A DNA stretch of 64,000 bases from an uncultured bacterium (lineage in GTDB: Bacteria; Eisenbacteria; RBG-16-71-46; CAZAMP01), in contig CAZAMP010000018.1 of NCBI GenBank assembly GCA_964486455.1, positions 14,971 to 78,970 on the forward strand, read 5' to 3'. Position numbers and translations under genes: made by a program. The notes beneath the pieces are model-generated. The model was not told the origin of the DNA and made no database searches. It was given only the letters and a program-made list of their open reading frames with translations. This document shows, piece after piece, positions 55,542 to 64,000 of the stretch (positions are counted from its first letter, which is position 1; each line of letters begins with the position of its first letter).

Positions 55542-57742
55542 CGTATTCTCTCCACGTCGTGTAGAAGAAGTCGCGACGAGTTCAGCACGACCGCCACTGT
55601 CGTGGCGTTGTGCAGGACCGCCCCCCAGAAGACCGGAAGAACGCCGCTTGCCGCCAGCACCAGGCCGAGCGTGTTCACCCCGATCGCCGTGCCGAAGTTC
55701 TGACGAACGGTCGCCATCGTCTTCTGCGCCAGCCGGATCACCGCGGGGATCATGAGCGGCTCCTCGCTGGTGATCGTGATGTCGGCCGCCTCCATCGCGA
55801 TGTCGGTTCGCGTCCCGCCCATGGCGATCCCGACGTCGGCGTAGGCAAGCGCCGGAGCGTCATTGATCCCGTCACCCACCATCACGACCCGTGATCCCTT
55901 CGATTGCAGCTTGAGGATCGTGTCGGCCTTGTCGTCGGGGAGCACTTCTGCTTCGAATCGATCCATCGCCATCCGGCTCGCGACGATCTCGGCGTGCTGC
56001 TCGACGTCGCCCGTGAGCAGGATGATGTCGTCCATCCCGCTCTGTCTCAGCCGGTTCAGTGCCTTCTTCATGTTCTCGCGGAGCGAGTCCTGGATCCCGA
56101 GCACGCCGATCAGATACTTACCACGCGCGACGTAGATGATGTTCTCACCCTTTCGAGCGAGCGCACTCACCGCTTCCTCCGCCGACGCCAGGCCGATGCC
56201 GTTCTCCATCATGAAGCGGCGGCTGCCGACGCGGATCGTGCTTCTCGCCACCCGCGTCGAGACGCCGCGCGCCGTGTGCGTTTCGTTGTCCGTGTGGCGG
56301 GGGATTTCCCAGCCGCCGCGACGCGCGCGATCCATGATGGCGACCGCCATCGGATGCGTACTCGTCTCCTCGGCCGCCGCGGCGAGCCGCACGAGGTCCT
56401 GCCGCTCGACGTTGTCGCGTAGCGGAACGACAGACGTCACGCGGGGACGGCCCTCCGTCATCGTTCCCGTCTTATCCAACACCAGTGTCTCGGCCTCGGA
56501 AAGGAGCTCGAGGTAGTTGCTGCCCTTGACGAGCACGCCGAAGCGCGCCGCCGTGCAGATGGCCGCCGAGAGCGCGGTGGCCGTCGAAAGTCTCACGCCG
56601 CACGAGTAGTCGATAATGAGCATGTTGAGCGCGCGGCTCGTCTTGCCGGTGATGATGAGCACGAGGAGCGCTAGAGCGAAGTTCGCGGGGATGAACTGAG
56701 CGCTGAACTTGTCGGCGAACGCCTGAATCGTCGCCTTTCGGTGGGACGCCTCCTCCACCATGTTGACGATGCGTGAGACGGCCGTCTCATCACCGACCTT
56801 CTCGGCGCGGATGACGAGCTTCCCGCTCGTCACGACGGTTCCGGCGAAGACCATCGTGCCGATGACCTTTCGCGCCGGCATGAACTCCCCGGTGATCGAC
56901 GCCTGATCCACCGCGGCCTCGCCCGACTCGACCTTTCCATCGACGCTGATCTTCTCGCCGGTGTGGACGATGATCCGGTCGCCCACCTGCAACGCATCGA
57001 GAGGCACGTGCTCTTCGGTGCCGTCCTTGCGAAGCCGCCACACCTGCTCTTCGCCCACCGACAACATCTCGCGGATCGCCTTGCGCGTTCGCTCCATGGT
57101 CCAGGCCGTGAGAAGTTCGGCGATGTCGGCGAGCCAAATGATCGTGAGCGCGGACGTATCGCGACCGGCGACGATGCTCGAGAGGATGGCGCTCGCGCTG
57201 AGTGTATCCGCGTTGGGCCGAAAGCTCTCCCGGAGCGACGCCCAGCCGCTCTTGAGTATTGGGACCGCCAGCGACAGGCTCGTCAGCGCGGGCATGGTCA
57301 AGAACCGCCCGATGAACGTCGTCGGTGGCGTCACGCTACCCCGGCGCATCCAGACGAAGAGCAACGTCACCGTCGTCGCGACGACCCGCCCGATCAACTC
57401 GCTGACCGGCTCTTCCTGAAGGCGACGTTCCTGGACGGTGAGTCTCGCCTGCTCGGCGCGCTGTTCCTTGTAGGCCGCGAGCGAATACGTGCCCACAACC
57501 GACTCGACGAGATCGAGGACGTCCTCCCCGCCGAGGCGGCTGCGATCGCAATGGACGAGAACATTGCGCGTGATGATCGACACCGTGACGGAGTCGATGC
57601 CCGACATCTCGATCAGGCGGTCGTGGATCTCACTTACGTACTCACCCAGGTAGCCCAGAGCGGGCGACGCTACGCGGATCCGGCCGGCGAGCTCGTGGCG
57701 GATCTCGCAATGCGTCAGCGGTTTTCTACGTTTCCACCACAT
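55538..57742 (-). CDS. P-type ATPase, P1B-like (heavy-metal-type) with atypical SCG transmembrane motif and N-terminal cysteine-less HMA-like domain
   Basis: DKTGTMTEG phosphorylation motif, GDGINDAPAL hinge and TGE-like actuator region. The CPC position reads DYSCGVRL. Start trimmed to MWWKRRKPL. Confidence 0.85.
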   Translation of the reverse strand: MWWKRRKPLTHCEIRHELAGRIRVASPALGYLGEYVSEIHDRLIEMSGIDSVTVSIITRNVLVHCDRSRLGGEDVLDLVESVVGTYSLAAYKEQRAEQARLTVQERRLQEEPVSELIGRVVATTVTLLFVWMRRGSVTPPTTFIGRFLTMPALTSLSLAVPILKSGWASLRESFRPNADTLSASAILSSIVAGRDTSALTIIWLADIAELLTAWTMERTRKAIREMLSVGEEQVWRLRKDGTEEHVPLDALQVGDRIIVHTGEKISVDGKVESGEAAVDQASITGEFMPARKVIGTMVFAGTVVTSGKLVIRAEKVGDETAVSRIVNMVEEASHRKATIQAFADKFSAQFIPANFALALLVLIITGKTSRALNMLIIDYSCGVRLSTATALSAAICTAARFGVLVKGSNYLELLSEAETLVLDKTGTMTEGRPRVTSVVPLRDNVERQDLVRLAAAAEETSTHPMAVAIMDRARRGGWEIPRHTDNETHTARGVSTRVARSTIRVGSRRFMMENGIGLASAEEAVSALARKGENIIYVARGKYLIGVLGIQDSLRENMKKALNRLRQSGMDDIILLTGDVEQHAEIVASRMAMDRFEAEVLPDDKADTILKLQSKGSRVVMVGDGINDAPALAYADVGIAMGGTRTDIAMEAADITITSEEPLMIPAVIRLAQKTMATVRQNFGTAIGVNTLGLVLAASGVLPVFWGAVLHNATTVAVVLNSSRLLLHDVERIR

Positions 57743-57752
57743 CGTCCGACCT

Positions 57753-58178
57753 TCAGTCCGTGAGCAGTCTTTGCGGTACGGTGAGATGAGGGTTGAGCCC
57801 GAGTGATCCATCGAGCGACGTCTTGACGAACTCGACGAGCTGCCCACGCCGGGCGTACAGCCGGTCCGCCGGTTGCGCCTCAAGTCGTTCGCGGTTTCGA
57901 AGGATGACCTCGAAGAGTGCGCTCAGATAGCCGAGCACTTCATCTTCCTTCACGCTGGCCGCATCGTAGAGAATCAAGATATTCCCCGAGACGTGGTCGG
58001 TGCTGACTTCTCGAATCTGATCCGGAACGGTGAAGAGCGCCGTCAAGAGATCAATGATCTCGGACCGGTTTCCGGTGACCTTCTTGAGCCACGGAAGATG
58101 CACGCGGAGACGTCCTGGAAGACGATGGAGCACGCGCGGCTTGAAGATGAGTCGGAAAACCGCGTTGGACATCTTCAT
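57753..58178 (-). CDS. Cysteine-less HMA-like domain protein (2nd gene of the operon)
   Basis: LHRLPGRLRVHLPWLKKVTGNRSEIIDLL...ILILYD. The ATG overlaps the stop of the upstream gene (ATGA). Confidence 0.5.
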   Translation of the reverse strand: MKMSNAVFRLIFKPRVLHRLPGRLRVHLPWLKKVTGNRSEIIDLLTALFTVPDQIREVSTDHVSGNILILYDAASVKEDEVLGYLSALFEVILRNRERLEAQPADRLYARRGQLVEFVKTSLDGSLGLNPHLTVPQRLLTD

Positions 58179-58765
58179 GCGTGTTCCCCGGCGCCTCGAC
58201 CGCGCAGCATGTGTGTCGCCCACCAGAGTAGAGTGAACCCGGTGGGGAGAGAGCTTCGCCCTTCCATGATGAGCTTACGTACGCCGAGCCCCGCCATCGC
58301 GAGCGCCCCCAAGGTCCAGAGGTCGACGAGCCCTCCCGTCTTCTCGTACACCGCCCGGTTGACGCTCTGTCCGTAGTCCTGCAGCTCGCGGGCCACGGTG
58401 GGAACCGGAGCGCGCTCCAGCTCTTCCTCCAGCCCAAGCAGTCTGGCGATCGCGGCGAGTAGCAGGTCGGCTCGTAGCGCGTCCGGATCGAAATGGATCA
58501 AGACGCCTCCCGAGAGCGCACTGATGTCGAGACGATGAATCCCGCTCACCCCGCCGAGCTTCGACTCGAGACGCTCCCGTCCTACCTCGTTCCCGACGAG
58601 CGACGGGACGCGGAAGCGCGCGCGGCCGGGCAACGTGTGCTCGACATGGATAGGCCCGGTGCGAAACGCCGGCACCGACGATCCGGCCCTTGCGGATCTC
58701 TGCCCGCGACCCTTTCCCCGCCGTCGCAGGAGAGCGGCAATGATCATCCCGGTCAGGATGTGCAT
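58175..58765 (-). CDS. Cysteine-less HMA-like domain membrane protein (1st gene of the operon)
   Basis: N-terminal TM, then HVEHTLPGRARFRVPSLVGNEVGRERLESKLGGVSGIHRLDISALSGGVLIHFD and a C-terminal TM. GAGGA RBS upstream. Confidence 0.5.
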   Translation of the reverse strand: MHILTGMIIAALLRRRGKGRGQRSARAGSSVPAFRTGPIHVEHTLPGRARFRVPSLVGNEVGRERLESKLGGVSGIHRLDISALSGGVLIHFDPDALRADLLLAAIARLLGLEEELERAPVPTVARELQDYGQSVNRAVYEKTGGLVDLWTLGALAMAGLGVRKLIMEGRSSLPTGFTLLWWATHMLRGRGAGEHA

Positions 58766-58788
58766 CCGACCATCCTCATCACAGATTA

Positions 58789-58802
58789 TTAGCTGCAGCT
58801 AA
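58789..58802. promoter_or_regulatory. Palindromic operator-like site TTAGCTGCAGCTAA (copy 1 of an approximately 22 bp motif), 24 bp upstream of the ATPase-operon start
   Basis: Perfect 14-bp palindrome. With its flank (TTAGCTGCAGCTAACTTCTTAG) it is the inverted counterpart of the site at 58917-58930. Confidence 0.5.
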
Positions 58803-58916
58803 CTTCTTAGTGACTCCGCCGCGGCCCCACGCGCCGACGATCGACACGAGACTATACCCACCGGCGCCGAACGGGCGCAAGGGGCAAGCTTCCCGAAATG
58901 CAGTCGTTTGAAGAAG

Positions 58917-58930
58917 TTAGCTATGGCTAA
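58917..58930. promoter_or_regulatory. Palindromic operator-like site TTAGCTATGGCTAA (copy 2, inverted orientation)
   Basis: The reverse complement with its flank (TTAGCCATAGCTAACTTCTTC) matches copy 1 at 18 of 21 positions. Lies between the MntR/DtxR-like gene and the ATPase operon. Confidence 0.5.
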
Positions 58931-58964
58931 TATTCAACGGATCTCAACGCGAAACAGCTCCGCG

Positions 58965-59417
58965 TCACGTTGCCGAATCGAGGCGCCGCCGGCGTCCCTG
59001 CGCGTGGATTCGATGCTGTAGCCGCCGGATCCACGCATCGGAGGAGAGGGAGAAGCCGACGAGCAGTTCCAATCGCCAGAGCGCCTCCGGGCCCAGATGA
59101 TGACCCAGGCGGCTGATCATCGGCTGGGCCTCGGCCGTCCCCATGGCGAGGATGTCCTCGAAAAGCCTTGTCAGACAACGATTTCTGCGGACGATGTCGC
59201 TTCCGGCGCGGCGGCCCGCCTCCGTCAGCACGATGTCTCCGTAGGCCTTGTGCGTGATGAGCCCGCGCTTGGTGAGCTGCGAGACCGCCCGGCTGGCACT
59301 CGGCAGTCTCACCCCCAAGCGTGCCGCCAGGTCCCGGACCCGAACACGGCCGTCCTCGGAGAGTCGATAGATCCACTCCAGATAGCTCTCCTGGCTCGGC
59401 GTCAGCTCCACGGGCAT
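58965..59417 (-). CDS. DtxR/MntR-family metal-dependent transcriptional regulator (short, MntR-like, no SH3 domain)
   Basis: Start trimmed to MPVELTPSQESYLEWIY (GGAGG RBS upstream). Winged-helix LAARLGVRLPSASRAVSQLTKRGLI, then a metal-site/dimerisation region. Confidence 0.75.
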   Translation of the reverse strand: MPVELTPSQESYLEWIYRLSEDGRVRVRDLAARLGVRLPSASRAVSQLTKRGLITHKAYGDIVLTEAGRRAGSDIVRRNRCLTRLFEDILAMGTAEAQPMISRLGHHLGPEALWRLELLVGFSLSSDAWIRRLQHRIHAQGRRRRLDSAT

Positions 59418-59649
59418 CGCTCCTCCAAACTGTCCACAAAAAGTTAGTCTACCGCTAAGATTGCGCCAACGCAAGCCGGGAAGCCGACCTGGGACCCCAT
59501 CGCGCTCGGCCATGTGAATGACCGTGCAACCTTGCCGGGCCGCCAGGGCACTCAGGAATGACGGCGGTCGACCGGCATGTGGCCGGCTGGAGTCGGCACG
59601 CACCGCCCGATTAGCTTTCTGAAACTCCCTCAATCCGAAAGGACCTGAA

Positions 59650-60876
59650 ATGTTGAGATTCAAGTCGATCGTCCTGCTGGCCGGGATCGTCGCTCTGCTG
59701 ACAGCGAGCACGGTCATTGCCGCGGAGCCCGTCCACGTCACGTCGTTCAAGTCGGCGCGGAAGCTCGCGGCCAAGCAGGAGCTGCCGATCCTCCTGAAGA
59801 TGGGCAAGGAGTTCTGCACGTCATGCAGCAAGTTCGATCAGGCCGTCGATGAGGATGACGAGTTTCGCGATGTGATCGAGAAGAACGTCGTCCTGTGTGT
59901 GATCGACGTGCGAAAGGGCGAGGGCGCCGAGCTCGCGCGTCGGTACCACGCGTCCGACTATCCGATCCCAACGTTCATTCTGACGAACAGCCACGGCGAG
60001 GAGATGGACCGGTGGCTCGGCTACTGGGACAGCGACAACTTCGTCAAGCATCTGACCGCGGCCGTCGAGAACCCGATCACGGTTGACAAGCGGATGGCGC
60101 GCTTCCAGGAAAGCCCGACGGAAGCAGATGCGCGAAAGCTGGCAGAGCTACGCGACTATCAGGGTCTCTTCGCGGAGGCCGTCGCCTATTTCCGCCGTGC
60201 CCAGGCGCTCAATCCCGACTCCGAAACCGACTACGACCTCTACGTGCTCAGCGCGATGACACAGGGCGAGTACGACAACATCTTCACCGCGGACGAGGTG
60301 AAGGCGCAGGCGGACCGCGTCGTGTCGACCGAGACCTGTGGCGCCACCGGGTACATGAAGGCCGCGATGTCGATGGCCAAGGTAGCCAAGCACACGAAGG
60401 ACAACAGCTACTACACGCCTTACCTGGCGTTGGCCATAGAGAAGACGGAAGGCAAAGAGGACGACCCGAAGCTCCTGAAGGGGCGCGTCAACCTCCTTCC
60501 GGATTACGCGCTCTACGTGGAGAAGGACGAGGATAAGGCGATCGCGCTGAAGAAGGAATTCTTCGCCAAAGCGGCCGGAGAAGAAGACTGGATGACCGTC
60601 GCCAACATGCTCAACAACTTCGCGTGGTGGTGCTTCGAAAACGAGTTCAATCTCGATGAGGCCGAGGAGCTTGCCCGCCAAGGCATCGAGTTCGCCAAGC
60701 CGGGCAACCAGAAGGCCAACATCTTCGATACGGTGGCCGAGATTTGCAACCTGAAGGGCGACTGCGGCGACGCCGTCACGCTCATCCGTATGGCCGTCGC
60801 GGAGGACCCGGAGAACGAGTATTTCCAGAAGCAGCTCGGACGGTTCGAGGAGCTACTTCGAGCGCAGTCGGACTAG
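59650..60876 (+). CDS. Secreted thioredoxin-fold protein with C-terminal helical (TPR-like) domain
   Basis: Signal peptide and a CTSC (CxxC) motif 30 aa after the signal cleavage region. Family assignment is tentative. Confidence 0.5.
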   Translation: MLRFKSIVLLAGIVALLTASTVIAAEPVHVTSFKSARKLAAKQELPILLKMGKEFCTSCSKFDQAVDEDDEFRDVIEKNVVLCVIDVRKGEGAELARRYHASDYPIPTFILTNSHGEEMDRWLGYWDSDNFVKHLTAAVENPITVDKRMARFQESPTEADARKLAELRDYQGLFAEAVAYFRRAQALNPDSETDYDLYVLSAMTQGEYDNIFTADEVKAQADRVVSTETCGATGYMKAAMSMAKVAKHTKDNSYYTPYLALAIEKTEGKEDDPKLLKGRVNLLPDYALYVEKDEDKAIALKKEFFAKAAGEEDWMTVANMLNNFAWWCFENEFNLDEAEELARQGIEFAKPGNQKANIFDTVAEICNLKGDCGDAVTLIRMAVAEDPENEYFQKQLGRFEELLRAQSD

Positions 60877-60984
60877 CGACATCCCCTCCCCGCGGAGGGT
60901 GGCGGAGCGGTGGGGCTCGAATGGGTCCCATCGCGCCGCCCGTTTCGCGTGCGTGCGCCGATAGAGAGTATACTTACGACAGCC

Positions 60985-61563
60985 ATGGCACTGATAGACA
61001 CTCGACATAGCGGTCCCGATCCCGAGGATCGAAAGCTCGTCGAAAAGTTCCTGCGACGTCGACAGGAGAAGGTGTTCCGCGCGATCTACCAGCGTCACAC
61101 ACCGGCGATCTATCAGATCCTGGTGCGCATGTTGCGCGGCGACGCATCGAACGCGGAAGAGGTCCTCCAGGTTGCGTGGGTTCGCGCCATCGAAAGGCTG
61201 GAGACGTTTCGCTGGGAGTCGAGCCTTCGCAGCTGGCTCATTGGGATCGCGCTCAACTGCTCTCGCGAGTTCCTGCGCCGGCAGCGCCGCACGGAGCCGG
61301 CGGAGCCGTGGGCGGTCGACGAGCTCCCGGCGCTTCGAAGGGCGGCCGGGGAACTGAATCGGATCGATCTCGAACGGGCCATCGCGCACTTGCCCGATGG
61401 CTACCGGGAAGTCCTGATCCTGCATGATATCGAGGGGTATACTCACAACGAGATCGGGGAATTCCTCGGTATCGAAACCGGAACATCAAAAAGTCAGCTG
61501 TCCCGGGCGCGAAGAGCCATGCGTGCCCGGCTGAGCGACGTGGGAAGCGTGCAAAATGGATGA
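60985..61563 (+). CDS. ECF-type RNA polymerase sigma-70 factor
   Basis: Start trimmed to MALIDTRH. Region-2 motif AEEVLQVAWVRAIERL and region-4 motif ILHDIEGYTHNEIGEFLGIETGTSKSQLSRAR. Confidence 0.8.
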   Translation: MALIDTRHSGPDPEDRKLVEKFLRRRQEKVFRAIYQRHTPAIYQILVRMLRGDASNAEEVLQVAWVRAIERLETFRWESSLRSWLIGIALNCSREFLRRQRRTEPAEPWAVDELPALRRAAGELNRIDLERAIAHLPDGYREVLILHDIEGYTHNEIGEFLGIETGTSKSQLSRARRAMRARLSDVGSVQNG

Positions 61564-61978
61564 CAACGGCATGAACGAACTCAGCCCGCGCGAACAGGAC
61601 GCTCTGCGTTCATTGTCCGGAAGCGGCGCGTACTCAAGATCGCTCGAGAACCGTATCGCGAAGACGCTCAAGAGCGAGGGTTTGATCACGCCCTCGGCGT
61701 CGATCTGGGGCCGCGCGGCCAAAGTCGGTGGCATGGTCGCTGCACTGATCGCGGCGTTCGTCTTGGGAACCCAATACGGAAACCGCGGCACCGAGATGGG
61801 CGATCAACCTATGCCGGTGGCCTCGCCGGGCCCCGATGTACCGGAGTATGAGTCCTCGCGCACGGGTGAGTTCGAGTACACGGCCTATCACATGGACATG
61901 GACGATCTCCTCGAAAGCGATGCGGTGGAGACCGGACAGGAACGCCACAGCGTGCATGTGAAAAGCCTCGACTACTGA
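61556..61978 (+). CDS. Putative anti-sigma factor (single-pass membrane protein)
   Basis: 8-nt overlap with the sigma gene and one TM (KVGGMVAALIAAFVLG). Assigned by position only. Confidence 0.4.
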   Translation: MDDNGMNELSPREQDALRSLSGSGAYSRSLENRIAKTLKSEGLITPSASIWGRAAKVGGMVAALIAAFVLGTQYGNRGTEMGDQPMPVASPGPDVPEYESSRTGEFEYTAYHMDMDDLLESDAVETGQERHSVHVKSLDY

Positions 61979-62036
61979 TTGAGTCCTCTCGGCATTTGCC
62001 CGACAATACAGTCCGTTTCCCTCAAACGGATGGGCA

Positions 62037-63446
62037 ATGCGACCGACGACGAACAGATCAGGTTCCGCCGTATGCATCGCACTCGTGCTGTTGCTGCTCT
62101 TCGTGTACGGCTGCGCGCGTGACGAACGCCCCAATCTGATCATCGTTCTCGTCGACACATTGCGCGCCGACCATCTCGGCTACCACGGCTACGAGCGCGA
62201 CACATCCCCGACCATCGACGCGCTCGCGGATTCGTCGATCCGATTCATGAACCACTACTCGCACGCATCGCGAACGGGCCCCGCGGTGGCGAGCATTTTC
62301 ACGGGTCTTCATCCGCGAAGCCACGGCGTCGTCAATCCGCTCACTCACTTCGACGCGAAGGGGACGCTCGGGGATGAGCAAACCACGCTCGCCGAAATCC
62401 TCTCCGAGAACGGATACGACTGCTACGGATACGTCGCGAACATCAACGTGAAGGCGGAGTTCGGCTTCGCCCAGGGTTTCGACACCTACGAGTGGATCGA
62501 GAAGCGCGTCGTCTCCGGCCTGGAGCGCGCGGCCCGGGGGATGATCCAGCCGGCCATCGCGGAGGAGATCAGCGCCGCCGCCACGGCGAAGCTGGCGGAT
62601 CGACGGGAACCGTTCTTTCTGTATCTGCACTACATGGAAACACACACTCCGTATGCGGCCCCCCTGCGGTACCGATTCAAGTACGTCGACCCCGATTACG
62701 ACGGGGTCATGACCGGTCTCCACCTTCAGCTCGATGAAATCATCGCGGGCAGGTTGAGCGCGGACGCGGACGACGGCGCCCACCTGAACGCGCTCTACGA
62801 TCAGGAGATCCGCTACTTCGACGACGAGTTCCGGAAGCTACTCGGCTTCCTCGATGAACGGGGACTGCGGGAGAACACGATCATCGTCTTCGTGGCCGAC
62901 CACGGAGAGGAGTTCTTTGATCACGGATCCGTGCTTCACGGCTACACGCTCTATGATGAACAGCTTCACGTGCCGTGCTTCATCCACGATCCGAGGGCCG
63001 ACTCCCCGCGCGCGCTGGACACCATCACCCGACACGTGGACATTCTGCCGACGCTGCTCGAGCTGATGGACGTTCCGTCCACCGGTGACGTTCAGGGCCG
63101 GAGCCTGGCGCCGGCCTTTCGCGGCGAGGATCTACCCGATTCATCCACGCCCGTCCTTGCCCAGGCGAGCCTTCGCGCGGTGAAGACCATTCAGCAGCAG
63201 TCGTTCACGCTGGACGGCTGGAAGCTGATCGAAACGATGGTGCCCACGCCCGGAGAAGAGCTTTACCACGTAGCCGAAGACCCGGCGGAGAGTCGCGATC
63301 TGCTTGCCGAACAGCCCGATGTCGCGGCGCGATTGCGTGATGAGATGCGGCGCTTCGTGGAAACGCTCCCTGTCGGCACGGGTGGGGTCGTCGAGTTATC
63401 CGAAGACGACAAGGCGAGGCTCAGGTCGCTGGGCTATCTAAAGTAG
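62037..63446 (+). CDS. Sulfatase family protein (Ser-type, S-x-A-x-R variant), lipoprotein
   Basis: Lipobox VYGCAR. LVDTLRADHLGYHGY metal site and a SHASRTGPA modification motif. Confidence 0.7.
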   Translation: MRPTTNRSGSAVCIALVLLLLFVYGCARDERPNLIIVLVDTLRADHLGYHGYERDTSPTIDALADSSIRFMNHYSHASRTGPAVASIFTGLHPRSHGVVNPLTHFDAKGTLGDEQTTLAEILSENGYDCYGYVANINVKAEFGFAQGFDTYEWIEKRVVSGLERAARGMIQPAIAEEISAAATAKLADRREPFFLYLHYMETHTPYAAPLRYRFKYVDPDYDGVMTGLHLQLDEIIAGRLSADADDGAHLNALYDQEIRYFDDEFRKLLGFLDERGLRENTIIVFVADHGEEFFDHGSVLHGYTLYDEQLHVPCFIHDPRADSPRALDTITRHVDILPTLLELMDVPSTGDVQGRSLAPAFRGEDLPDSSTPVLAQASLRAVKTIQQQSFTLDGWKLIETMVPTPGEELYHVAEDPAESRDLLAEQPDVAARLRDEMRRFVETLPVGTGGVVELSEDDKARLRSLGYLK

Positions 63447-63464
63447 GTCCCGGACGGCTCCCCG

Positions 63465-64000
63465 CTACTGAAGTAGGACGACGCGTCGCGTCTGGGTTCC
63501 ACCCTTCGCCACGAGTTGCAGGAAGTACGTGCCGGGGGCAACCCGCGCGCCGGAGAATGTTGTCGCATCCCAGACTATGACCCCACTCGCAACATCAGAT
63601 GCGTATCGCCGGACCAACCGACCGCCCACATCGAAGACCATGAGCGCCATGTTCTCATGATCCACTTGATACGACACGCTGACCGAGCGCCTAAATGGAT
63701 TTGGTGTCACGAACAGTTCTACGGTTGACCTGGTTGCTTCCCAGTCATGAACACCGATGATCCCACACCCCTGACCAAACGCACCGATCAGTCCACAATC
63801 GTATTCATCGGGATGGTTTCCGGTGAGGCACGGCGAGTTCGCCGCCAGTGCGAAGTCGCCGCTCGGAGCGTCGCAGAAGAGGGGATGTCCGGAGAAGTTC
63901 CCATCCACGCCGTACTGATCGGCAATGCAGTCTGTCCAGTCGCCATCCACATTGCCGTATACGTCTACGCAGCTGAGCATTGCGCTGCTGGTCCCGTCGC
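63465..64000 (-). CDS. Secreted protein, C-terminal part only (gene start lies beyond the window end); beta-helix C-terminal Cys-rich module plus T9SS/FlgD-Ig-like sorting domain
   Basis: Stop at 63465 and the frame is open to the window edge. GDWTDC...PLFCDAPSGDFALAANSPC module, then TPNPFRRSVSVSYQV...GTYFLQL tail. Confidence 0.5.
   Translation of the reverse strand, partial: DGTSSAMLSCVDVYGNVDGDWTDCIADQYGVDGNFSGHPLFCDAPSGDFALAANSPCLTGNHPDEYDCGLIGAFGQGCGIIGVHDWEATRSTVELFVTPNPFRRSVSVSYQVDHENMALMVFDVGGRLVRRYASDVASGVIVWDATTFSGARVAPGTYFLQLVAKGGTQTRRVVLLQ

Noticed and set aside
59418-59831. N-terminal extension of the called 288-aa ORF upstream of the DtxR/MntR-like regulator
   Set aside because: Regulator homology starts at MPVELTPSQ with a GGAGG RBS directly upstream. 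The extension has no features and would run through the operator-like region.

Overview
This 64 kb window has high GC (by eye about 65%, not computed), no rRNA, tRNA or CRISPR array that I could see, and is densely coding on both strands. I give no phylum call. The six-frame track is full of long shadow ORFs (antisense or out of frame), which is typical at this GC; I used composition, RBS motifs, signal peptides and recognisable family motifs to choose the real frames and to trim several over-extended ORFs to internal starts.

The window has two halves.

**1-31.8 kb: a large surface-polysaccharide biosynthesis locus.** It contains a Wzx-like flippase and five GT4 glycosyltransferases. A GT2, DUF2304 and GT-C (ArnT/PMT-like) module sits with two CE4 deacetylases. 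An MBOAT plus SGNH/DltD-like pair should provide O-acylation. There is an AsnB-family amidotransferase and, unusually, five FemAB/CelD-type transferases. Three secreted polysaccharide lyase-like proteins are present: one PL1-like beta-helix and two heparinase II/III-like.

**31.8-64 kb: secreted enzymes, a metal-transport operon and regulators.** The secreted enzymes are an S1 and an S8 peptidase, tandem beta-helix proteins, an M16 peptidase, a VIT-VWA plus VWA pair and a sulfatase. The two peptidases and a partial gene at the window's end carry an approximately 80-aa C-terminal T9SS/FlgD-Ig-like sorting domain. There is also an ABC-2 exporter and a UbiD decarboxylase. A tightly overlapped four-gene operon encodes a P1B-like P-type ATPase with an unusual SCG transmembrane motif plus three small cysteine-less HMA-like domain proteins. 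It sits directly downstream of a MntR/DtxR-type regulator and is preceded by two inverted copies of an approximately 22 bp palindromic operator-like motif. An ECF sigma/anti-sigma pair follows.

The most novel-looking content is the heavily decorated polysaccharide locus and the ATPase operon.
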